Shown here in pieces: positions 11,540 to 23,944 of a DNA stretch of 64,000 nucleotides (positions are counted from its first letter, which is position 1; every line of letters starts with the position of its first letter). The notes under the pieces were generated by a model, which worked only from the letters and a program-made list of their open reading frames with translations, was not told where the DNA came from and searched no databases. Source of the stretch: Squalus acanthias. Its lineage: Eukaryota. The stretch is taken from NCBI GenBank assembly GCA_030390025.1, contig CM059431.1:109618001-109682000 (forward strand), read 5' to 3'. A program made the position numbers and the translations under genes.

Positions 11540-11699
11540 CTCTTATTGTCCACACACTGGGCTGGATTTTTCCAACCTCGGCGGCTCCGGGGCGGGCGAC
11601 GTCGGTGGCGTGTGGGGACCTCGCATCTGTCTCGATCCCGGCCTCCAACAAGATATTCCATTGATGGGCCTTGTTAAGCCCGCCCTGCGAGGTTCCCGA

Positions 11700-11772
11700 C
11701 CAATTAATAGGAAGCGGGTCTGGTGACGTCATTTATGACGCGTCATCAGCCGGTTTCCTTAAAGGGGCCATG
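11700..11772 (+). promoter_or_regulatory. Putative promoter of the Harbinger Myb-like gene (CRE/ATF motif plus TTAAAGG)
   Basis: TGACGTCA at 11724-11731, conserved at 40331-40338 and as TGACATCA at 35737-35744, always upstream of the Myb-like exon 1 (before the PLE insertion in the 40167 copy). Confidence 0.45.
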
Positions 11773-13113
11773 TCCACAATCATTTTGACAGATGTGCTGT
11801 CAGTGTTCTACAGCATTGAGGTGCTGCAAACACTGACAAGCACTGCACAGAGGTACAGGGCTGCACCCAGGCTCTCGCATGACTCCCTCCATATGCAAAT
11901 GGAAGGAGGCACAGCACACAGGGAGATTCTCTTCCCTTCCAATGGGCGGAATAGACCTCCCCAGGACACCAATGCAGCCTGGTTGCACATTGCACAGGAG
12001 GGCACAAGCAGGGATGTTGTCAGGAGGACCAGACTGCAGTGGCACAAACTTTTCAATGATCTCAGTAGATCACAAAATGTTACTGCAAAGCCACACTCAA
12101 CCTCATCCTGCTGTGCCACTCTGCCTTCCCTACCCTACTCCTGCACATTCTTACTCACACCAACTTACCTTGCACCTCCACCCATCCCTCTCTATCTACA
12201 TTATCACTTCCCCATCTCACTAGCCACCCCTCAGACTCACCCTCATCCTTGTCCAATCATACCAACTAACAACACACAAGGGCAGGCACTTGGGTGTTTT
12301 AGCCAATGTTGGTGTAAACTTTCTGTTAATGTGTTGTCAAGCATTGAAATCCTTATTGTCACCACTTTGCCTTCTTGGACAGATTGTGTGCACCTTTGAA
12401 AGTGTGTTAGTGAGTTCCAGTGAATGGTGAGACATAACGTTCACCGCCCGCCCCCAATGGTGATGAGTGTGAAAGGAATGCCTTGGATATTGTAGGGATG
12501 CTGTATGGTGCTGGTGTGGGGTGGTGCATCATGTGGCAGCCAGGGTGTTCAGTGTTTAGTGAAGCAAATCTGGACATGGTGAGGCCATTGCTGGTGTCCC
12601 GGGCAGCAATGTGCACAGGTGATGATGCCCTGTGTCCAGTGCAGCATCAGTTGATTGCGGAGAAGGTTGGTGTGGATATTGGTGCTGCTGGTATGCCTGG
12701 TGCTGCTGGTGTTGGGGCTGATTGCGTTGGGATTCTGAGGACCAATGTGAGATTTTTTCAAGGGCACCGATGCTGATGGAATAGATGGCAGGTGAGGTTG
12801 AGATGACAGAAGCGATCTGTCACTGTTGAGATAGGTTGTTCCAATGAGGTGACAGTGGATAGAGAGATTACTCCAAACACTTCAAAAGTGCATAAAGCTC
12901 AAAAGTGGGTTCCAAATCATTAATGCTCCCACTTCTAAGATTGGGAAGTGACCAGCTGTGAAATGGTAGGTTTTAGACCACTTTTGCAGCTTTCACCTAT
13001 TCACAGCAAGCCACAGTCATTGAGAACCCGACATAATTACCTGACGTGATAGCCGCTCTCCGGGAACCTTGTTGAAAACCTGGTAAAATGGTAAGTATAT
13101 GGGAAAATGGTTC

Positions 13114-14829
13114 TGTAAGGGGTTTTGTCACGTGCTTGTATCGCAGACGGTGCTGGTGCGAGGTTAGGCCTTCGTTGCCTAATACTATTGCTTGCTCTGG
13201 TCTCCGGCCAGCCTTGTTGCAATAAGCACCTGTGAGTGGTTCGACCCACTCGCCCTTACGGTTCTAACACTGGACTTAGGTGCGAGAGCAGTAATGCAGA
13301 GAAAAACTCAAATAGACCCGGTTGAATAGCACGAAACGGAAATCTTTATTGCATAGCGTCCAAAATCATGAAGTACATGTCATAGGCGCAAATTAATGAG
13401 AGTACAAGTATACATACATTCATAAAGCTTGGTCTATGGTAATGAAGAACGCACGGCACATCGTAAAAAGGGGAACACATTATACTTTATCCTTAATAAA
13501 ACCACCCTCCCCTATCAATACCTACACTACATCTAGATTTGTAGGATCGGGAAACATGCTCACCACTCGTGATACTTCGGAGAATTTTAAAGTGAGGCAC
13601 TCAGCTCGTTTCGCTGCAGCGCCTGACTGTCACGTGTTTGGAGGGGTCTCTGTACCCCACTTGTTTATCTTCGCTGCTGCGGCAAGCAGGCCGGGCTCCC
13701 CGTTGTCATGAAGAACTCGACGGCACTCGGGCCCGGCTGTAGAACTCAAAGAAAAGTCTTCCTGTACCGACACCAGCTGTCGGTAGAATTCAAAGAAGAG
13801 TCTTTGACCGGTTCGTGCAGTAACCTGTAGAGTTCAAGAAATGGGTCGTATATTTTCGGGCGCAGTCGGGGTTTACTGACCACGGCGGCACGTGGATTCT
13901 TCTTCTTCTCTTGTCATTTTGTCTTGTCTTGTTGGGCCTTCGGGTCCAAACACCGTTTACCGACTCTCGGGATGGTGCACCCTGTCACCGGCCTTCGTCG
14001 AGGCGACTTGTTCCAATTGAGCCCCACCCAACATTCGAATAACCGTCCAGTGCGGCTAAAGTCCAGAGTCAACAGAGTCCAGAGAAAACACAGAAGGCTG
14101 CTCGTCCAGCAGAGCGATACCCGAGGATCAGAATAGGAGAATAAAAGTTCAGCAGTCAGCAGCGAGATAAGAGAGTCAAGAGACCGATGGACATTTGTTC
14201 ACTATAGTTATAGTGCTGTGTCCCCTTATCTCCCGCTCAAATCTTAATGTTTGTCCTTTGTGAAATATCGGCGCTTAAAACTCCCAGCATGGGGCGATTC
14301 TTGTCTTTAATGGGTTTCGGTAGCACCTGAAACTGGCCAACTACCCGTTAATGTTTTCCCCATTGTTGGCCTAGCCAGGATCGTATGAATCGTCTCCCTG
14401 ACTGGTTTTGGGGGCCCCCGAATACTTGTTTAATCACCCGAGAATGGCTCTCTCATTGTAGAGCCGTGGGGGTATTTGTGTATTGATGTGTCTGGATGGG
14501 CCTTCAATTGCCCAGTACAATGGTCCTTACTTGTGCATGGAAAACGATTCCAGCACTCATATCTTTTGCTATTGTTTCGAAAGCAAACAGGTTGCATCCT
14601 GTCTATATCAGTGCTTATTGCGTATGATCCCGTCTTATATTGAAATGTATATTCGAACGCCATCTTGTCTGCCCACTGTAATTCTGGAAGCTTCTGCCAC
14701 GATGCGCGGTGGCCATTTTACAGGCTTCTGTGTCCTTTATATCATGACAGCATTTCGTTTAAATAAACTGATCAAACGAATCTGCTTCTATCTTGTTATT
14801 TCGAATCGCGATAATTGCAAAACTTTACA
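13114..14829 (-). mobile_element. Solo LTR, family 2, copy 1 (1716 bp)
   Basis: TGTAA...TTACA termini; 4-bp TSD GTTC (13110-13113 / 14830-14833); reverse-complement homologue of 54911-56383. Confidence 0.92.
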
Positions 14830-15889
14830 GTTCTCAACTACCTTTTAACAAGCTTTTAACTATCTGAATTGGCTGACCCGCTGCTTGGTGTCGGGTCTGT
14901 TCAGGGATGACAGACCTGACACTTGGGAAACTGACAAGGAGGCGGGTTTACAGTGGGATACTGACCCGCTCTCAATCTTTGTGATTTTGACAACGGACCC
15001 GCCTCCAAACCCGCACTCTGAGCGCCGGCAAAAATTCAGCCCAGTTGGTTTATTTTCTCAACTGACCTGCATTGAGGAAGCAGCAAGTGCAGCCCAAGTT
15101 TTTCCTAATCACAGGGATAGTTACCACAGAAGCCCTTTCACGCGCTTGCAAGCAGTCGGTTGTAGAGATCCAATGTAATCAATGTTCTTGGCTGTGACAT
15201 GGAGAGAGTCTATGAAGAGAAGAAGAGATAATATCAAATAAAATCAGCATTTCTTTTTCCAACTATAGTTAATACTTGCAAATTTTCTAAGCATGCTTAG
15301 ATAAGTGAAAGAGAACATTTTGCAGGGTTATATTAAAGGTTTGGATCTGCTTAGGATAATGTAGGGGATAAGGTAATGTTAATGTTGGAGAAAATTATCT
15401 TTGATAGTCAGGCTGTGTTAATATTTATATAACATTTCAGATGTTGGAACAAGCAATACAGAAATGTTTTCTGCACATTTCATTTAGCAAGGAAAGACAT
15501 ATTTATGAAAATCTCAGTTAAGCACTCTATTAATCAATTGTCTAATGTGCTGCCAGGGCTTATTATTGACGGATGTCCCCTTTTCCTATTTTCATTGCTG
15601 TGAAGGATTTCCCATTTCTGCGAGTGGAATCTGACACTGAAATTAAAGTGCCAGGTCTAGATTGATATGTACCTTAAGTACTCCACTTCAGAATTAACAG
15701 CAGCAAAGGTACAGCAATATAATATTCATTTTGTGTGTTTTTCCTTCAATTTATATACCTCCTGTCCTTTTTTAAATTTAGTTTTTCGTTCACTATCAAG
15801 AGGACTTGCCAATGACCTTCTCCCTGACCTCTGACATTGAACAGTGCACAAGAGGAATTTAGGGCATCCCTTTAGTTTACTTTGCTTCT

Positions 15890-16116
15890 TTACCCAGGGG
15901 TGAGAATGTGGAACTCGCTACCGCAGGAATGGTTGAAGCGAATAGTATAGATGCATTTAAGGGGAGGCTAGACAAGCACATGGGGGAAAAGGGAATAGAG
16001 GGTGATGCTGATAGATTTAGATGGGGAAAGACGGGAGGAGGCTCCTGTGGAGCATAAACGCCAGCATGGACTGGTCGGGCCGAATGGCCTGTTTCTGTGC
16101 CGTATATCCTATGTAA
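15890..16116 (+). mobile_element. CR1 3' end fragment
   Basis: FTQ-V-RMWNSLP motif; same 3' end as 58300-58540. Confidence 0.85.
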
Positions 16117-16119
16117 TCT

Positions 16120-16612
16120 TATGCGGCGAGTGTCTCACCTCCTGACTCCTCAAAGCTTTTCCACCATCTACAAGGCACAAGTAAGGAGTGTGCTGGAATA
16201 CTCTCCACTTGCCTGGATGAGTGCAGCTCCAACAACACTCAAGAAGCTCGACACCATCCAGGACAAAGCAGCCCGCTTGATTGGCCCCCCATCCACCACC
16301 TTAAACATTCACTCTCTCCACCACCGGCGTACCGTGGCTGCCCATGTGTACCATTTACAAGATGCACTGCAGCAACTGGCCAAGGCTTCTTCGGCAGCAC
16401 CTCCCAAACCCGCGACCTCTTCCACCTAGAAGGACAAGGGCAGCAGACACATGGGAACACCACCACCTCCAAGTTCCCCTCCAAGTCACACACCATCCTG
16501 ACTTAAAGTATATCGCCGATCCTTCATCGTTGCTGGGTCAAAATCCTGGAACTCCCCCCCTAACAGCAGTGTGGCAGTACCATCACCACACGGACTGCAG
16601 CGGTTCAAGAAC
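16120..16612 (+). mobile_element. CR1-group LINE family B, 3' fragment
   Basis: RRVSHLLTPQS-STIYKAQVRSV-EYSPLAWMSAAP. Confidence 0.9.
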
Positions 16613-16829
16613 GCACCATTTACCCCAAACTGGTTTGCCCAGAACCCAGGCGGCACCGGGCCAGGTGCGTTCAGGAAAACCAGGTCTAGATGCGGCCTAA
16701 CCTGTGGTCCTTAAAGGGACCACTGGAGGCTGCCACCAGAAAGGTAAGTATAAAAAATGTTTTTTTTTAAAAAAGAATGTACAGGAGTGTTCCTCCACAT
16801 TAAAACCGCCTGCCACTGCCACCCACACA

Positions 16830-18366
16830 CTCGACACCACCCACCTCCTGATCAACACTCGACCCCCCCGATCAACACTTGACCCACCCCGACCAACACT
16901 CGACCCCCCCGATCAACACTCGACCCCCCCGATCAACACTCGACCCACCCCGATCAACACTCGACCCCCCGATCAACAATCGACCCCCCCGATCAACAAT
17001 CGACACCCCCCGATCAACAATCGACACCCCCCGATCAACACTCGACCCCCCCGATCAACACTCGACCCCCCCGATCAACACTCGACCCCCCCGATCAACA
17101 CTCGACCCACCCCGATCAACACTCGACCCCCCCGATCAACACTCGACCCCCCCGATCAACACTCGACCCCCCCCGATCAACACTCGACCCCCCCGATCAA
17201 CACTCGACCCCCCCCGATCAACACTCGACCCCCCCCGATCAACACTCGACCCCCCCGCAATCAACACTCGACCCCCCCGATCAACACTCGACCCCCCCCG
17301 ATCAACACTCGACCCCCCCCGATCAACACTCGACCCCCCCGCAATCAACACTCGACCCCCCCGATCAACACTCGACCCCCCCCGATCAACACTCGACCCC
17401 CCCCCGATCAACACTCGACCCCCCGATCAACACTCGACCCCCCCCGATCAACACTCGACACCCCCCCGATCAACACTCGACCCCCCCGATCAACACTGGA
17501 CCCCCCCCGATCAACACTCGACCCCCCCGCCATCAACACTCGACCCCCCCGAACAACACTCGACCCCCCCCCGATCAACACTCGACCCACCCGATCAACA
17601 CTCGACCCCCCCCCGATCAACACTCGACCCCCCACCGATCAACACTCGACCCCCCCGATCAACACTCGACCCCCCCCGATCAACACTCGACCCCCCCGAT
17701 CAACAATCGACACCCCCGATCAACACTCGACCGCCCCGATCAACACTCGACCCCCCGATCAACATTCGACCCCCCCGATCAACACTCGACCCCCCCGATC
17801 AACACTCGACCCCCCCCGATCAACACTCGACCCCCCACCGATCAACACTCGACCCCCCCAATCAACACTCGACCCCCCCGATCAACACTCGACCCCCCCG
17901 ATCAACACTCGACCCCCTCCCCGATCAACACTCGACCCCCCCCGATCAACACTCGACCCCCCCGATCAACACTCGACCCCCCCCGATCAACACTCGACCC
18001 CCCCCGATGAACACTCGACCCCCCCGATCAACACTCGACCCCCCGATCAACACTCGACCCCCCCCGATCAACACTCGACCCCCCCCGATCAACACTCGAC
18101 CCCACCCCGATCAACACTCGACCCCGCTGATCAACACTCGACACCCCCCGATCAACACTCGACCCCCCCGATCAACACTCGACCCCCCCGATCAACACTC
18201 GACCCCCCCGATCAACACTCGACCCCCCCACAATAAACACTTGATTCCCCCAATCAACGCTCGATCCCCTCCCGTCAACACTCAACCCCCCCCAATCAAC
18301 ATGCGACCCACCTCCCAATCAATGCTTGAAAACCCCTCCCAATCAACACTTGACCCCCCCGCAATC
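16830..18366. repeat. Minisatellite, ~19-22-bp unit C(5-9)GATCAACACTCGA, about 70 copies
   Basis: Direct reading. Unit length varies through the C-run; the array degenerates after ~18230 and resumes at 19884. Confidence 0.97.
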
Positions 18367-19883
18367 AAGACTTGTGCTCCAAAACTAGCCGCGCCTCTAG
18401 CCAAGCTGTTTCAGTACAACTACAACATTGGCATCTATCCGACAATGTGAAAACCGCCCAGGTATGTCCTGTCCACAAAAAGCAGGACAAATCCAACCCG
18501 GCCAATTACCGCCCCATCAGTCTACTCTCAATCATCAGCAAAGTGATGGAAGGTGTCATCGACAGTGCTATTAAGCAGCACTTACTCACCAATAACCTGC
18601 TCACGGATGCCCAGTTTGGGTTCCGCCAAGACCACTCGGCTCCCGACTTCATTACAGCCTTGATCCAAACATGGACAAAGGAGCTGAACTCCAGAGGTGG
18701 GGTGAGAGTGACTGCCCTTGACATCAAGGCAGCATTTGACCGAGTCTGGCATCAAGAAGCCCTAGTAAAACTGAAGTCAATGGGAATCAGGGGGAAAACG
18801 CTCCACTGGCTGGAGTCATACCTAGCACAAAGGAAGATGGTTGTGGTGGTTGAAGGTCAATCATCACAGCCCCAGGACATCTCTGCAGGAGTTCCTCAGG
18901 GCAGTGTCCTAGGCCCAACCATCTTCAGCTGCTTCATCAATGACCTTCGCTCCAACATAAGGTCAGAAATGGAGATGTTCGCTGATGACTGCACAGTGTT
19001 CAGCGCCATTCACAACTCCACAGATAATGAAGCAGTCCGTGCCCGCATGCAACAAGACCTGGATGACATTCAGGCTTGGGCTGATAAGTGGCAGGTAACA
19101 TTCGTGCCACAGAAGTGCCAGGCAATGACTATCTCCAACAAACGAGAGTCTAACCACCTCCCCTTGACATTCAATGGCATTGCCATCGCCGAACCCCCCA
19201 CTATCAACATCCTGGGGGTCACCATTGACCAGAAACTTAACTGGACCAGCCACATAAATACTGTGGCAACAAGAGCAGGTCAGAGGCAAGGTATTCTGCA
19301 ATGAGTGTCTCACCTCCTGACTCCCCAAAGCCTTTCCACCATCTGCAAGGCACAAGTAAGGAGTGTGATAGAATACTCTCCACTTGCCTGGATGAGTGCA
19401 GCTCCAATAACACTCAAGAAGCTCGACACCATCCAGGACAAAGCAGCCCGCTTGATTGGCACCCCATCCACCACCTTAAACATTCACTTCCTCTACCACA
19501 GGCGTACCGTGGCTGCAGTGTGTACCATCTACAAGATGCACTGCAGCAACTCGCCAAGACTTCTTCGGCAGCACCTCCCAAACCCGCGACCTCTTCCACC
19601 TAGAAGGACAAGGGCAGCAGGCGCATGGGAACACCACCACCTCCAAGTTCCCCTCCAAGTCACACACCATCCTGACTTGGAAGTATATCGCCGATCCTTC
19701 ATCGTCGCTGGGTCAAAATCCTGGAACTCCCTACCTAACAGCACTGTGGGAGTACCATCACCACACGGACTGCAGCAGTTCAAGAAGGTGGCTCACCACC
19801 ACCTTCTCAAGGGCAACTAGGGATGGGCAATAAATGCTGGCCTTACCAGCGATGCCCAGATCCCGTAAACGAATAAAAAAAAA
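18367..19883 (+). mobile_element. CR1-group LINE family B, 5'-truncated, RT domain with stops/frameshift
   Basis: NYRPISLLS, LDIKAAFDRVWH, GVPQGSVLGP, FADD; A-rich tail at 19873-19883; inserted inside a minisatellite unit. Confidence 0.95.
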
Positions 19884-20178
19884 TCAACACTTGACTCCCC
19901 CAATCAACGCTCACCCTCCCGATCAACGCTCGACCCCCCCCAATCAACGCTCACCCTCCCGATCAATGCTTGACCCCGCCTCCCGATCAACACTCGACTC
20001 CCCCAATCAACGCTCACTCCACTCCCAATCAATGACCGAATGCCCTCTCCCGTGCACCATCCCCTCCCAATCGTCACCTCGATCCCCCTCCCGATCGCCA
20101 CCTCAACCCCCCCGATCATCATCTTGGCTTCCCCGATTGTCACCTCCACCCCCACTCCTGATCGTCACCACCATCCAT

Positions 20179-20470
20179 CTTCCAATCACCAACCTCCTCC
20201 CGAGCACCACATCGACCCTGCTTCCAATCACCAGCCCCCTCCCGAGCACCACATCGACCCCGCTTCCAATCACCAGCCCCCTCCCGAGCACCACATCGAC
20301 CCTGCTTCCAATCACCAACCTCCTCCCGAGCACCACATCGACCCTGCTTCCAATCACCAGCCCCCTCCCGAGCACCACATCGACCCCGCTTCCAATCACC
20401 AACCACCTCCCAAGCACCACATCGACCCCACTTCCAATCACCAGCCTCCTCCCAATTGTCACCTCGACCC
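20179..20470. repeat. 42-bp tandem repeat (~6.5 copies)
   Basis: Unit cttccaatcaccagccccctcccgagcaccacatcgaccc(t/c)g; 14-aa periodicity in the ORF track. Confidence 0.95.
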
Positions 20471-20706
20471 TCCAGAGCATCCAGTTGGCTGAAATCACTT
20501 TGATAATTTCAGTGGCACATCCATATTCTTTGCATATTTGGGACCTATTCTTCCCAAACAAAAACCTGCTTGTGTTACTCCATAACAGGGATTATCAGTG
20601 CGTGGAGAGACCTGGATTTGTAACATAAATTGTGCACTCCGTAGTTGGATTATTGTACTGTTTCATTCTTTATACCTGTTAAAGTTTGTTAGCTGATTGA
20701 GAAGCC

Positions 20707-20945
20707 AGAAAGAAAGAAAGCAAGAAAGAAAGAAAAAGACTTAAGTTTGTATAGTGCCTTTCACGATCTCAGGACGTCCCAAAGCGCTTTACAGCCAATG
20801 AAATACTTTTGAAGTGGAGACACTGTTGTAATGTAGGAAATGCAGCAGCCAATTTGCGCACAGCAAGCTCCCACAAACAGCAATGTGATAATGACGAGAT
20901 AATCTGTTTTTTTACGTGTTGGTTGAAGGATAAATATTGGCCAGG
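20707..20945 (-). mobile_element. Deu-domain SINE, 3' part
   Basis: (GAAA)n tail and Deu core on the minus strand. Confidence 0.88.
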
Positions 20946-21440
20946 GTTATTACTGCATTACTACTCCATGACCACTAACAAACATATTCCCAGGAAGCAT
21001 GTTTCAAAGTTGTGCATTCTTGCAATTTAGTTAGCAGGTGGTTAATTACAATGAAAAATGAGCACTGATCCCATTTTTCAGTACTGGAGGAACGTCGTGC
21101 CATACATGGTCTTAGCGGAGATGATACGCCTTTAAGAGTAAAGGAGACTTGCTGGGAAGCATGCCAGTCGAGATACATCTGTCCTTCTCCTGGCATGGGG
21201 TACAAAAAGTAATAGAAAATGAATGCTTACTAGTTCATTGCCTCTCCATAAGATGGATGGTAAATTGGCATGGTGAATTGTTATTGACAATGCCCGTGGA
21301 AAAAGATGTAGCAGTAATTGCCTGGCATGCAGATGACCTATCTCCTTGAGAATGTGTTGGATTACAGTGTGGACTGAAGCCAGACATATGGTGAACCGAC
21401 ATTATGTGGTTTTGCAGCCTGGTGTCAAAGCTAAGGAAAT

Positions 21441-21675
21441 CATAGATTCATAGAAATTTACAGCACAGAAGGAGGCTGTTCGGCCCATTGTGTCCGTGTC
21501 GGCCGAAAAAGAGCCACCCAGCCTAATCCCACTTTCCAGCTCTTGGTCCGTAGCACCGTAGGTTACAGCACTTCAAGTGCATATCCAAGTACTTTTTAAA
21601 TGCGATGAGGGTTTCTGCCTCTACCACCCTTTCAGGCAGCGAGTTCCAGACCCCCACCACCCTCTGGGTGAAAAG
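21441..21675 (-). mobile_element. CR1 3' end fragment
   Basis: FTQRVVGVWNSLPERVVEAETL..FKKYLD. Confidence 0.9.
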
Positions 21676-21809
21676 AAATGTGCAACCATCAGATGATAAC
21701 AACATCGTAAATGGAGCTTCTTTGAGTGAATGTAGTTTCATCTCATTCGCTCCCGTAATCTGACACCTGTGAGCTCTCTCCTCCTTAAAGTTATGTTCGT
21801 GAGGACCTA

Positions 21810-22728
21810 TGTCAAGAAGAGCTAGTTAATGTCAATGGGGGAGGTGATGTACTGGCTAACCCTGGCGAACCGGGCATTGGTGATCTGCTTAATGCAACTG
21901 GGTACTGCAGACTGGGAGAGGTCCCTGTAGCAGACTGGAAGGAGCCAGTGGCAAAGAAGTTAAGGGCAGTGGTATGCATCACAGCCACTGGCAATGCATG
22001 GCCCCCTTGGTCCAGCAGGCAGTAGGCCCTGATGCAGGAGGCTGTAGAGATCAGTAACAGCTTGACTGGTGAAGTACAGCCTCCTGACGTACTGCTCCTC
22101 TGAGATGTCCAGGAGAGTGACTCTTGGCTTATAGACCCTGAGGGCTGGGTAAGGCCTTTAACGAGCAGCCCCCCGCCCGCCCTCCCTCCCTCCTCCTCAC
22201 CTGCGGTCTTCAACAGGCCCAGTTGTTGCTCGTGGTGGTTGCTATGGCTACTGCTGCTGCTCCTCTTCCTCCAACTGTTTCTCCATCCTCATCAAAACTG
22301 GCAATAATTAGCAGAGAGCGCTTACTGAGGGGAAGGAAGGCAAAAAGTGTCATGAAAGAAGCAATATTAAAGCTGGAACCACTCCTGCCGACTCAAACAG
22401 CACCGTGGCGCACAGCACCCAATGATCCAATTACCTGCAACTGAGTGCCCCTTCACGTGCTGCTTCACTGGCTCTGAGGGGCCAACCCCGCAAGGTCTTA
22501 CTGCGTTGGGCGCTGGGCGGGACGTCTGCTGTTTTCATGTTAAAATGACGCTGGGGTCCTAATTGCACCAGAGGACCCCGATTTGGGTGGCCTGTCTGTT
22601 GCTTGCGCCTCGGCCGACTAAAAATGTTCGGCAGTTAAAATGGTGGCCGGCGGGAATGAAGCGGTAAGTACGCTGCATTGATTTTTAGCCGTCTGCCCAC
22701 TCTGGTCCTGCTGGGTTCAAATTGCCCC
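21810..22728 (-). mobile_element. Old Harbinger fragment (transposase N-terminus plus one terminus)
   Basis: GHALPVAV..TTALNFFATGSFQ matches the transposase at 48562; TIR-like caaattgcccc at ~22718-22728. Confidence 0.7.
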
Positions 22729-23221
22729 TGAAAACGTACCGTTTCCTGAACGGCCTTCAGCAGTCCCTTTAAGGACCACTGGTTAGGCCGCTCAGTACCC
22801 AGTACAACTGGGACTAGCCTGCACACTGCGTGCTCTGCCCTTTGGTACGTTAAAATTGCAAACGGGGTCCTATAACTGGCGCAGGACCCCAATTTGCATA
22901 TTTAAACCGCCTCCCGCCTGTTTTTGGACGGGAGTGCTGGGTGCCCATATCAAGGCCTACCTGAAAATTGATTCAGGCAGGCAAGTGGGAGTCCAGGGCG
23001 CCCAGGAGATTGTCCTCTGCTGCTCGCCCATTTCTCAAACGGGCAGCCGGCCGTTGAAAAACTATCTTGCTTATCATTCCTCGTGGCAAACATTCCCATT
23101 TATATTGCCTCTGTTTGGAGTTTTTGGAGCCTTCAGACAAAGGGCAGCACTAACGTGTTCCTGTAACAGCCGCCAAAAAACCCTTGAAGGGATGGCTTTG
23201 TTTCCAGCATTGGCATTAGTG

Positions 23222-23690
23222 TAGCCTCCCGACCTCACCATTGAGTTCAACAACTTCAGGCGTTAACCACCACTCCCATTTTCTTGGGCAGTAGGCGCTA
23301 GTTCTGCTATTGCCATTTACACCTCCTCTTTTGTTTCTTTACTTGTCCCATTACCACCGTCCTTTTGCCTCGCACCATCATCCCTTTTGTCATTTAATCA
23401 CTCCTGCCCTCCGCCCTATCACAGACCTTCCCTTTTTGTTAAAAAAAAAAGCAAAATACTGCGGATGCTGGAAATCTGAAATAAAAACAGGAAATGCTGG
23501 AAATACTCAGCAGGTCAGGCAGCATCTGTAGAGAGAGAAACAGAGTTAATGTTAGCGATGATGAAAGGTCTTCGACCTGAAACGTTAACTCTGTTTCTCT
23601 CTCCACTGACGCTGCCTGACCTGCTGAGTATTTCCAGCATTTTCTGTTCCTATTTCAGATTTCTAGCATTCGCAGTATTTTGCTTTTGTT
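23222..23690 (+). mobile_element. Penelope-like element family 2, 3' end with ~105-bp inverted repeat and hammerhead remnant
   Basis: Arms ~23447-23553 and 23581-23688 are reverse complements. Between them: (A)TGATGA-AGGTC/GACCT-GAAACGTT. Upstream is a degenerate ..L.IEFNNFR ORF end. Confidence 0.75.
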
Positions 23691-23944
23691 TTAGTCCATC
23701 TGTTTTTAGACCAACCATAACCCATCTTTGTCTTTGTTAACAGTATTTGACGTGTTTGCCTGCATTTCAGTAAAACCTGAGAAGCGAATGAATAATATAC
23801 ATTGCACCAACCAGAGACACCTGCAGGTTCCCTGTACCTACTGCTAATGCAGACATGTACATTTCAGGATGGAAAGTAATGTGCTGAAGCACTTCTCTCT
23901 CCAGTCTGTAAATTAGCAGATTACTCAGAACTTGCGATATGGAT

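Larger units (their letters stand above)
11559..15042. mobile_element. PIF/Harbinger internal-deletion derivative containing a solo LTR
   Basis: TIRs GGGCTGGATTTT / AAAATTCAGCCC; flanks ACT/AGT. Retains Myb/SANT exon 1 (+, ~11850-12080, AAPRLSHDSL...AWLHIAQE...FNDL) and the transposase N-terminus remnant (-, ~12550-12775). Confidence 0.85.

Noticed and set aside
16830..18366. CRISPR-like regular repeat
   Set aside because: There are no unique spacers, only variable C-runs; the context is eukaryotic and there are no cas genes.
16704..18450. 510-aa and 523-aa Pro-rich ORFs
   Set aside because: They are translations of the minisatellite, whose plus-strand unit contains no stop codon; frames switch with C-run length.
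19834..20628. Mucin-like 264-aa ORF
   Set aside because: Translation of degenerate 20-mer and 42-mer repeats following a LINE tail.
21070..21430. Possible exon after tttttcag in unique sequence
   Set aside because: Frames close quickly and the peptides are unrecognised; support is insufficient.
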